Position numbers and translations under genes: made by a program
NCBI GenBank assembly: GCA_016707705.1
Contig: JADJHD010000004.1
Location: forward strand, 24,960-88,959
DNA length: 64,000 bases
Reading direction: 5' to 3'
Origin: Bacteroidales bacterium
GTDB lineage: Bacteria > Bacteroidota > Bacteroidia > Bacteroidales > UBA4417
Notes under the pieces: generated by a model
The model's input: the letters and a program-made list of their open reading frames with translations, nothing else
Database searches by the model: none
What the model was told of the DNA's origin: nothing
Part shown: in pieces, positions 50,273 through 57,904 of the stretch
How the letters are laid out: every line of letters starts with the position of its first letter
Numbering within the stretch: position 1 is the first letter of the stretch

Positions 50273-51511
50273 TCAGGATTCTGCCTTGTAATACAATGTC
50301 GAACTGTTTTCCTGCCTGAGGATGCTGGCAGCCTGAGCCCTGATTTCTTCAGCAGTTACCTTCTGATATTGATCTATGAGCGTATTGATAAGGTCAGCAT
50401 TGCCGAGCAATTCATAGTAGGCCAGGTTCATGGCCTTGTCGAGCACCCTCATTTCCCCGAAAGCCATTAATGACTCCATGCGGTTTTTAACCTTGGTGAG
50501 TTCAGTATCGCTGGCAGGTTCGGTCCTGACTTTTTCAAGTTCCTCTTCAATGGCGGCTTCAGCAGTTTCAAAACTGCAACCTTTCATGAGTTTCCCTGTT
50601 ACGACAAAAAGGCCGTCGTCAATATCCCCGGTTATGTAGGCATTGATGTCGCTGAAAAGCCTTTTCTTTTTCACTAATTCCTGATAAAGCCTTCCCGACT
50701 GTCCGGCTGAAAGTATGTCCGAAATCAAATCAGTTGCATAAAATTCAGGAGCATTTCTCGAACACATATGCCATGCCTTGTATATGGCGTCAAACGGGAC
50801 TTTTCTTTCCACCGTGAGCGATCGGGCTTCAGTTTGCACAGGCTCCCTGGGCAGATTTCGAACATAGTCCTCGCCTTTATGTATGGAGCCAAACCATTTC
50901 TCTGAGAGTTCAACTATCTGCTGAGTATCAACATTTCCGGCAACCACCAGAATGGCATTTCCGGGGTTATAGAATTTATTGTAGAACGCTTTTACCTCTT
51001 CCATGCTTGCCTGTTCGATATGGGCAGGCTCCTTTCCAATAGTAGGCCACTGATAGGGATGAACCTTGTAAGCCAATGGCCGAAGCAGCAGCCAGGCGTC
51101 GCCGTAAGGCTGATTCAGGTAGTTCTGGCGGAATTCCTCAACAACCACATTCCTTTGAACATCAAAGCTCTTCTTTGAGAATGCCAGGTTCAGCATGCGA
51201 TCTGATTCAAGCCAGAATGCAGTTTCCAGATTCACCAACGGCAGGGTAAGGTAGTAATTGGTGATATCATTATTTGTGAATGCATTGTTCTCTCCACCAA
51301 CACGTTGCAGAGGTTCATCGTACTTTGGGATATTTACTGAGCCGCCAAACATCAGATGCTCAAATAAATGAGCAAAACCGGTACGTTCAGGACTTTCATC
51401 CCTTGAGCCTACATTATAGAGAATATTCATGGCTACCAGCGGAGTTGAGCTGTCCTGGTGGACAATCAGTTTAAGTCCGTTCGATAGGGTAAAGCGTTCA
51501 TATGAAATCAT
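50273..51511 (-). CDS. M16-family zinc peptidase (pitrilysin/insulinase-like)
   Basis: Inverted zinc motif HLFEH (GFAHLFEHLMFGGS). Confidence 0.82.
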   Translation of the reverse strand: MISYERFTLSNGLKLIVHQDSSTPLVAMNILYNVGSRDESPERTGFAHLFEHLMFGGSVNIPKYDEPLQRVGGENNAFTNNDITNYYLTLPLVNLETAFWLESDRMLNLAFSKKSFDVQRNVVVEEFRQNYLNQPYGDAWLLLRPLAYKVHPYQWPTIGKEPAHIEQASMEEVKAFYNKFYNPGNAILVVAGNVDTQQIVELSEKWFGSIHKGEDYVRNLPREPVQTEARSLTVERKVPFDAIYKAWHMCSRNAPEFYATDLISDILSAGQSGRLYQELVKKKRLFSDINAYITGDIDDGLFVVTGKLMKGCSFETAEAAIEEELEKVRTEPASDTELTKVKNRMESLMAFGEMRVLDKAMNLAYYELLGNADLINTLIDQYQKVTAEEIRAQAASILRQENSSTLYYKAES

Positions 51512-51742
51512 AGTGTAGTTCCTTCTGCTATTTTGAAATCCGTCTGCAAGTGATTAATTAGGCATTTTCTATACTAATATAACCCGAACAGACTGCTTCT
51601 GTTTTTGGAATCAGTAATGCTTGCAAAAATAATCCATTTAAAGCATCCTGAATTAAGGCATTTGTTCTAATTACCAACATCTGAAGTGCAGTATTCACTT
51701 GGTAATTCTATCCGAAACTTTAATCTCTTTATGGGTTCAATT

Positions 51743-51904
51743 CCCCGCAGCTTGCTGCGAGATATTCTTATTTTAGTTGTTTGGTGAATACAGAATTCAG
51801 GAGTCAGAATTTGAAAATTTGGTTGTTATTCTGTCCGCCTGGGCGGATGGCTTCTGTCCGCCAGCCGGCGGATGAATTCTGATACCCCGCTGCTTGCGGC
51901 GGGG
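51743..51904. repeat. intergenic modular repeat locus L5 (two hairpins between inverted CAGAATTC words, two extra palindromes)
   Basis: CGCAGC-TT-GCTGCG 51746-51759; CAGAATTCAGGAGTCAGAAT 51791-51810; TCCGCCTGGGCGGA 51834-51847; TCCGCCAGCCGGCGGA 51857-51872; TGAATTCTGA 51873-51882; CCCCGC-N8-GCGGGG 51885-51904. Confidence 0.75.
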
Positions 51905-52045
51905 TCCTTCATTGTTTGCTTGTGGTAAAGTCTAAAGCCGGAATCATGGATGAATCCGACTATTGTTGAAAGATGTATGATGGGAAAAGCCTGATAAAGC
52001 CCTATTTTTGTGAACAGACATATAGAGAACTGTCCAGCCATTCCT

Positions 52046-54769
52046 ATGAAAATATTAAGCCTCTTTTTTGCTCTTTTTCTTATTCAGTCTGCCTTTTCAC
52101 AGTCACCCGGATTCCTGATCCAGTCGCCGGCCGGAAGCAGGTACACCTTTATCAACAGGCAGGGTGAAACGGTACTCCCCAATGGCAGGATTATTACACC
52201 TATGGGCAAATGCATTACAGTAGCCCCGCATCCCTACGGACTGGCACTTAGTCAGGACGGAAGCCTTGCAGTAACAGCCAATTCCGGAATTCAGCCGCTA
52301 TCAATCAGCATACTTAGAAATCTTGCCTCAGAAAATCCAGAAGTGCTTCAGGTACCTCCCGGTCCATCAACGGATGATGGAGTTCTTGCTTCCGTGTTTA
52401 TGGGACTGGCGGTTTCACCTGATAATTCAAGGATCTATGTAGCCGGAGGACAGGAAAACAAGGTTTTTATCTTCGATGCATCTGACGGGAAAAAACTTGG
52501 AGCCATTGATTGCTCTTTCAAGGATTCAACGAATGATTTTACCCATGGCTACCTCGGTGATATGGCAATGAACCATGATGGCAGCCTCCTTTTTGTGGTT
52601 GACCAGATTGGTTTCAGACTTGCAATAATTGATTTAAAGGAAGGTAAGCTGATTTCAAATGTGATGGTTGGTATGTATCCTTTCGGAATTTGTCTGTCGC
52701 CGGATGAGAAAACAGCCTATGTTGCCAATGTGGGCATGTACAAATACAGTCTTATAAAACGCAAGCAGAAAGGGGAGTGGAAAAACGGAAGCATCGATTT
52801 CCCGGCTTTTGCCTATGATTCAGAGGAAGCGGAAGAGGGAATCAGAAATGACAGTCTGCAAATCCCCGGTCTCGGACCAATCAATACCGATGAATCATTT
52901 TCAGTTTGGGCGGTCCGATTGAGCAACCTTAAAAAGCCCAGGGTGATTGGAAAAGTCAAAACCGGAACCCTTGTAGGCCAGATGGTGGAAGGCTTTCCTG
53001 CAGTTGGAGGATCGAGTCCCAATTCATTGGTTTCAGCAGGGAAATATGTCTTTATAAGCAATGGTAACAACGACAATGTTACTGTGTTAGACCTGAAGAA
53101 AAAGAAGATAGTGAAGCAGATTCCCCTTTCCCCTGATTCACGCATCAGCAGGCTCAGGGGGATAATTCCTTTTGGACTTGCTGCTTCACCTGATGGAAGT
53201 CGCGTTTATGTTGCTGAATCCGGACTGAATGCAGTAGCAATTATTGATGTGGAGAAGCTTGAAGTTATCGGGCATCTGCCAACTGCATGGTTTCCAGCTA
53301 AGCTAAGGGTGAGTCCGGATGGGAAGAAACTCTACGTGGCAAATGCAAAGGGATTTGGCAGTGGTCCGAACGGGGGAGCGGGTTATACTCCCGGACCGGA
53401 AGGGACTTACATTGGCAGCATTATGAAAGGCAATGTTGAAATTATCGAGATCCCTGCTGATGCAGAACTGAAGAAGCACACGGAAGCAGTGGTCAGGAAT
53501 AATTTCAAATTTACAGAATTAAGCCAGGCCGCGGGAAATGAAAGGAATCCGATCCCGCTTTATCCTTCAGAGTATAATTCACCGATCAGGCATATTGTAT
53601 TTATTTCGAAGGAAAACAGAACTTATGATGAGATATTCGGACAGTTGAAAAATGGCAAGGGCGATTCAACTCTGGCCAGGTATGGGCGGAATGTGAGTTT
53701 CACAAATCACGATAAGAGCAAAAGAGTAGAGAATGCAGATGTGATGCCAAATCATCTGGCATTGGCGAAGCGATTTGGCTACAGCGATAATTTCTATGTG
53801 GATTCAGATGTTTCAGCTGATGGTCATCGCTGGTTGGTGAACACCTATCCCAATGAATGGGTTGAATCCACAACACCGGCTAATTATGGAGGAAACAGGG
53901 AGTATCGGGAGGGTTCCAGGGCGCCGGGCAACCTTGGCATAAATGGAGCTGCGGGTGCGATTTATCCGGAAGACTACAATGAAGCCGGTTCCATGTGGGA
54001 TCATCTGGAAAGGCATAATATCTCTTATTTCAATTTTGGATTCAGCGTAATGTTTGAACCTGCCGATTATCAGGATTCGTATAAATATGGAGGCGTAAAG
54101 CAAGTAGCCAATTTTCCATTGCCTGCTAGTCTGTTTACCCATAGTTCAAGACTATATCCTACCTATAATACTGCTATTCCTGATCAGTTCAGGGTGGATA
54201 TGTTCAAGCAGGAATTTGAGGAAAAATGGGGCGCGGGCAAGGATTCGCTTCCTTCGATGCTGACAGTGATTATTCCCAACGACCATGGTGCAGGTGAGCG
54301 TCCCGAAGCCGGTTATCCATTCAGGGAGAGCTATATGGCTGATAATGACCTGGCAGTTGGCAGAATTGTTGAATACCTGTCACATTCCCCATATTGGAAA
54401 GAGATGCTGATTGTCATCACCGAAGATGATGCCCAGAACGGTGTTGACCATGTGGATGCCCATCGCTCAGTGCTGATGGTTATTTCGCCCTATGTTAAAA
54501 GGGATTATGCAAGCCATGTTCATTATAGTTTTGGAAGTATCTTCAAGACTTACTGGAATCTGCTTGGAGTCCCCTATTTGAATCAATACGACGCCGGGGC
54601 CAACGATTTGAGCGACTTTTTCACTGCTACTCCTGATTTTACCCCTATGATGCCCTGCCTGTTGATGCCAGATTCTTCGATCCGCAAAAAGCACTTGATC
54701 CCCTGGATGAGAAATTCAATTGGGAACAGCTTCACAAAGGTCCCGAGCTGGACAATCCCAAGGATATGA
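52046..54769 (+). CDS. beta-propeller (YncE/YVTN-like) + phosphoesterase (PLC/AcpA-family) fusion protein; C-terminal frameshift suspected
   Basis: Signal peptide MKILSLFFALFLIQSAFSQ from 52046; YVTN-like repeats (RIYVAGG, TAYVANVG, RVYVAESG, KLYVANAKG); phosphoesterase part (RHIVFISKENRTYDEIFG, ITEDDAQNGVDHVDAHRS); alternative frame continues to 54819. Confidence 0.7.
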   Translation: MKILSLFFALFLIQSAFSQSPGFLIQSPAGSRYTFINRQGETVLPNGRIITPMGKCITVAPHPYGLALSQDGSLAVTANSGIQPLSISILRNLASENPEVLQVPPGPSTDDGVLASVFMGLAVSPDNSRIYVAGGQENKVFIFDASDGKKLGAIDCSFKDSTNDFTHGYLGDMAMNHDGSLLFVVDQIGFRLAIIDLKEGKLISNVMVGMYPFGICLSPDEKTAYVANVGMYKYSLIKRKQKGEWKNGSIDFPAFAYDSEEAEEGIRNDSLQIPGLGPINTDESFSVWAVRLSNLKKPRVIGKVKTGTLVGQMVEGFPAVGGSSPNSLVSAGKYVFISNGNNDNVTVLDLKKKKIVKQIPLSPDSRISRLRGIIPFGLAASPDGSRVYVAESGLNAVAIIDVEKLEVIGHLPTAWFPAKLRVSPDGKKLYVANAKGFGSGPNGGAGYTPGPEGTYIGSIMKGNVEIIEIPADAELKKHTEAVVRNNFKFTELSQAAGNERNPIPLYPSEYNSPIRHIVFISKENRTYDEIFGQLKNGKGDSTLARYGRNVSFTNHDKSKRVENADVMPNHLALAKRFGYSDNFYVDSDVSADGHRWLVNTYPNEWVESTTPANYGGNREYREGSRAPGNLGINGAAGAIYPEDYNEAGSMWDHLERHNISYFNFGFSVMFEPADYQDSYKYGGVKQVANFPLPASLFTHSSRLYPTYNTAIPDQFRVDMFKQEFEEKWGAGKDSLPSMLTVIIPNDHGAGERPEAGYPFRESYMADNDLAVGRIVEYLSHSPYWKEMLIVITEDDAQNGVDHVDAHRSVLMVISPYVKRDYASHVHYSFGSIFKTYWNLLGVPYLNQYDAGANDLSDFFTATPDFTPMMPCLLMPDSSIRKKHLIPWMRNSIGNSFTKVPSWTIPRI

Positions 54770-54820
54770 TTCGTGAAAGCAAAGAGCAGGAAGAATGGCG
54801 CAAGGAAGGACAGAAGTAGA

Positions 54821-55225
54821 AGGGGTAAAAAAGGAAAGACAAAAGGAGAAAGACAAAAGGAAAAAGACAAAAGACAAAAGGGGGAAAGGATAAAGGGAAA
54901 AATATTGAAAGATAAAAGGCTAAAGTGGGGAGTTGGTGGTGAAGGGGTAGTCAGACAATGGTCATGCGTTGGTTCTGCAGCATCTCTGCGAAAATCCTTT
55001 GTTTTATCTGCGTAAATCTGCGAGAAACCCTTTTGCTACTTGCAAGAATTAGAAAACAGATCCGCATATGGCTGTCAAATTCTCCAATTTTCAAATTTTC
55101 ATCCGCCAGCCGGCGGACTCCGCTTCGCTGCGCATCCTCATCCGCCAGCCGGCGGACTCCGCTTCGCTGCGCATCCTCATCCGCCAGCCGGCGGACTCCG
55201 CTTCGCTACGCATCCTCACATCTTC
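54821..55225. repeat. intergenic modular repeat locus L6 (purine stutter, M4, M5, M2, 39-bp array)
   Basis: AAAGACAAAAGG-type stutter 54826-54925; GTCAGACAATGGTCATGCG 54950-54968; 54982-55030 M5; GCTACTTGCAAGAATTAGAAAACAGATCCGC 55035-55065. Confidence 0.88.
55101..55217. repeat. tandem array, 3 x 39 bp (ATCCGCCAGCCGGCGGACTCCGCTTCGCTGCGCATCCTC)
   Basis: Units start 55101, 55140, 55179; units 1-2 identical, unit 3 one substitution. Confidence 0.95.
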
Positions 55226-56150
55226 TTAATGTGAATCTATCCCATTCAGCATCAAAATACTATGCCTGAGTGTAGGGGTAATTTCAGCACAGTATTCATT
55301 CACAGCTTTCACGCTGCCGGGGAGGGTGTAAATAAGGGTTTTATCCGTGACGCCTGCAACGGCTCTTGAGATCAGGGCATTGGGTTTGATACTGCCGTAT
55401 TTGAAGCGGATCAGTTCCATGATTCCGGGGATTTCCTTTTGCAGCATGGGTTTTATAACATCCACGGTGAAATCTTTAGGACCGATGCCAGTGCCGCCAG
55501 TGGTAAAGATGAAATCAGCACCTGCATTTACGAATCCGGCAACCAATGATTCAAGAGCTTCCGGGTCATCCGGGATCAGGGTGTTTTTCGATGTTGTATT
55601 TCCATCCGGTTGTATCAAAGTATTCTGCAAGCAATTCACTGATTCTTGGGCCGGACTTATCCTCGTACTCACCGCGACTGGCGCGATCGCTGAGGGTAAT
55701 GACTTGAATATTAAAGACTTTTGGGGTAAAGATGAAGCTATCCCCGGCTTTGACCTTACCGTTTTTCAGGACTCTGGCAAATATTCCTTCCTTGGGCATC
55801 ACGCAGTTGCCGACCTCCTTAAAAATTGCGCATGAAGTGCCATGGCATTCCTTGCCGATCTGGGTGACTTCCAATTCTATCTCTCCAATGCTGATTCTAT
55901 CGAGGGGCTGTGTATTCCAGAGTTCAAGTCCTTCGGTGGTGATGTTCTCCGCGAACTCACCATACCTGATCTGTCTGCCTGCCTGATGTTCAAACTTTGC
56001 AATGCTTTCAACAGCCAGCAAACTCACCTGCCGGTGCCATTCACCTGAATGAGCATCGCCTTCACATCCTATTTCGGTAAGTGAGATAAATTCAACAGGC
56101 TGCTTTATTGTGCCTTTCTTCTGTGAGATATTTACGGATACTATCTTCAT
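55226..56150 (-). pseudogene. mogA: MOSC domain - MogA/MoaB molybdopterin adenylyltransferase fusion, interrupted by 1-nt frameshift at a homopolymer
   Basis: ORF 55566-56150 = MOSC plus MogA N-terminus (ITLSDRASRGEYEDKSGP); ORF 55226-55672 = rest of MogA (FTTGGTGIGPKDFT); switch at T5 run 55584-55588. Confidence 0.75.
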
Positions 56151-56760
56151 GGTTGCTTTTGTTCAGGGTTCGAAGTTAATAAAGGGAAGCTCCCTGCAAG
56201 GAGGAGTTGTTAGTTGTTGGTTGTTAGTTGTTAGTAGCGAGTGCTCGGTTTTCGATTTTCTAATTTTACCCAGTCTTCTTTCTCCGTGGCTCTCTGTGTC
56301 CGCCGCGGCGGATCAGTGCCTACGTGGTTCTTAAATATGCTACTAGCAAAAATTAGAACACAGATGACACGGATTATTAGGATTAGCACGGATCTGGTAA
56401 TTGTAAATTTCAATCCATTTTCACATTATCACATTATCACATCTCCACATCTTCACATCTCCACATCTTCACATCCCTATCCGCCAGCCGGCGGACTCCG
56501 CTTCGCTTCGCATCTCCATCCGCCAGCCGGCGGACTCCGCTTCGCTTCGCATCTCCATCCGCCAGCCGGCGGACTCCGCTTCGCTTCGCATCTCCATCCG
56601 CCAGCCGGCGGACTCCGCTTCGCTTCGCATCTCCATCCGCCAGCCGGCGGACTCCGCTTCGCTTCGCATTCTCACATACCCGCATTTTCAAATTATCAAA
56701 TTATCACATTTTCACATCTCCACATCTTCACATCCCCACTTCTCCACATCTCCACATCAT
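56151..56760. repeat. intergenic modular repeat locus L7 (TTAGT stutter, hairpin, M2, CACATC stutter, 39-bp array)
   Basis: GTTGTTAGTTGTTGGTTGTTAGTTGTTAG 56207-56236; TCCGCCGCGGCGGA 56299-56312; GCTACTAGCAAAAATTAGAACACAGATGACAC 56339-56370; CACATTATC/CACATCTCC words 56422-56477 and 56673-56758. Confidence 0.9.
56479..56673. repeat. tandem array, 5 x 39 bp (ATCCGCCAGCCGGCGGACTCCGCTTCGCTTCGCATCTCC)
   Basis: Units start 56479, 56518, 56557, 56596, 56635; first four identical, fifth diverges in its last bases. Confidence 0.95.
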
Positions 56761-57210
56761 TTATCTTGATTTAATAAACTTCACTCCCTCAACAATGTAA
56801 AAAATTGCTGAAGCAAGAAGCGACAATCCAAGCGAGATGAAGAATGTGCCTTTATAGAGTTCAGGTATTATGCTCCATTTGTTTACAAAGATACCCATGG
56901 TGATCATGATCGACATCAGAAAATAACCCTTGACATCAAAGAATCCGAAGATACAGGGCCTCTCATATTTGTTTTTAATGATTCGGTTCACATAGCGCAT
57001 GCTGACCTTGCGAAACACCAGCAGGAAAAAAGGGATAAATCCCAGCAGTCCGATGAGGTAGTTTGTCCAGTGATGAAGTGCGTGATGTTCAATCATATCG
57101 ATACCCAGCTTCAGGATGCGATAGGCAGCAAAGGACCATATGGCAGCTCCCAGAACAATCAGTACGATTTTTGGAGCACCTGGCTTGTACTTATGAGAGA
57201 GTTTAGTCAT
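56761..57210 (-). CDS. hypothetical four-helix membrane protein
   Basis: 149 aa, four hydrophobic segments; 8-nt overlap with upstream PrsW-like gene. Confidence 0.5.
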   Translation of the reverse strand: MTKLSHKYKPGAPKIVLIVLGAAIWSFAAYRILKLGIDMIEHHALHHWTNYLIGLLGFIPFFLLVFRKVSMRYVNRIIKNKYERPCIFGFFDVKGYFLMSIMITMGIFVNKWSIIPELYKGTFFISLGLSLLASAIFYIVEGVKFIKSR

Positions 57211-57904
57211 TTTGGATTGTTCCTGGAGGTGGGGGAGGTGTTTGTCGGAAAATTGATGAATCGCTATGCTGTTTCATTCGCTTGAGACCAATTCGCCACA
57301 TGTAAATGAGGAGAGGCACAAAGCAGAATATCAGTAATGGCTGTCCTGAAAGCACCAGGAAATCATAGGTCCCGTGAAAAAACCAGGGAATGGTAAGCGC
57401 TTTCCAAAGGAATTCACTTTTGCGTTCAGGATTGAATTTGGCAAGACCTAGATAATACCCCATCATCACTCCAAACAAGGTATGAGCTGGAACTGCGGTA
57501 ATAGCACGAAGAAATCCAACCTGATAGGAACCTTCAAAAACGTAGAAAATATTCTCAATGGCAGCAAAACCCAAAGAGACCGCTACAGCATAAACGATAC
57601 CGTCATATTTCTCATTGAAATTCTTGTTTCGCCAGAAAAGAAAATAAACTGTAGCGAATTTGAACAACTCCTCAGTGCCACCAGCCACAACATATCCTTC
57701 ATATGCAGCCTTTATCAGGCCACCTATTCCTCCTGCTGCTGCCATCAGTCCCCTTTCAATGATTGCTACCGGAAAAATGATAATCCCGCCTACCAGCAAT
57801 CCCCGAAGCAGCAAGCCAATCGGTTCCTTTTCATACTTATCACGGAAGTAAATGTAAGCCAGCAAAATAAATACAGGTGCCAGGGAGAGAAAGAGTAATG
57901 TCAT
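57203..57904 (-). CDS. PrsW-family intramembrane protease
   Basis: 233 aa polytopic; N-terminus LAPVFILLAYIYFRDKYEKEP and GGTEELFKF, HTLFG, HGTYDF motifs typical of PrsW family (recalled). Confidence 0.7.
   Translation of the reverse strand: MTLLFLSLAPVFILLAYIYFRDKYEKEPIGLLLRGLLVGGIIIFPVAIIERGLMAAAGGIGGLIKAAYEGYVVAGGTEELFKFATVYFLFWRNKNFNEKYDGIVYAVAVSLGFAAIENIFYVFEGSYQVGFLRAITAVPAHTLFGVMMGYYLGLAKFNPERKSEFLWKALTIPWFFHGTYDFLVLSGQPLLIFCFVPLLIYMWRIGLKRMKQHSDSSIFRQTPPPPPGTIQND

Noticed and set aside
17770-55588. The three homopolymer frameshifts (17770-17774, 54642-54645, 55584-55588) as programmed frameshifting or phase variation
   Set aside because: The runs are only 4-5 nt. No slippery heptamer plus downstream structure is evident. 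One affected gene (waaA) is normally essential. Three independent hits in 64 kb fit a systematic homopolymer sequencing error better. I kept them as low-interest findings because only read data can decide.
56479-56673. Possible CRISPR array (also 55101-55217 and 22381-22510)
   Set aside because: Units are head-to-tail with no unique spacers between them. The period equals the repeat length (39 bp, or 47 bp with a stutter spacer). No cas genes are in the window.
56241-56774. Long ORFs through the repeat loci (56241-56774, 56437-56691, 56469-56675, 54958-55269, 55040-55234, 22296-22709, 22333-22545, 28944-29219, 28925-29107, 57969-58229, 57997-58521, 54773-55015, 51826-52041) as repeat-protein genes
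   Set aside because: They exist only because the low-complexity repeats lack stop codons in several frames on both strands at once. Homologous units at other loci differ by indels that do not preserve a frame. None has a plausible start context or a recognisable domain. Proteomics would be needed to overturn this.
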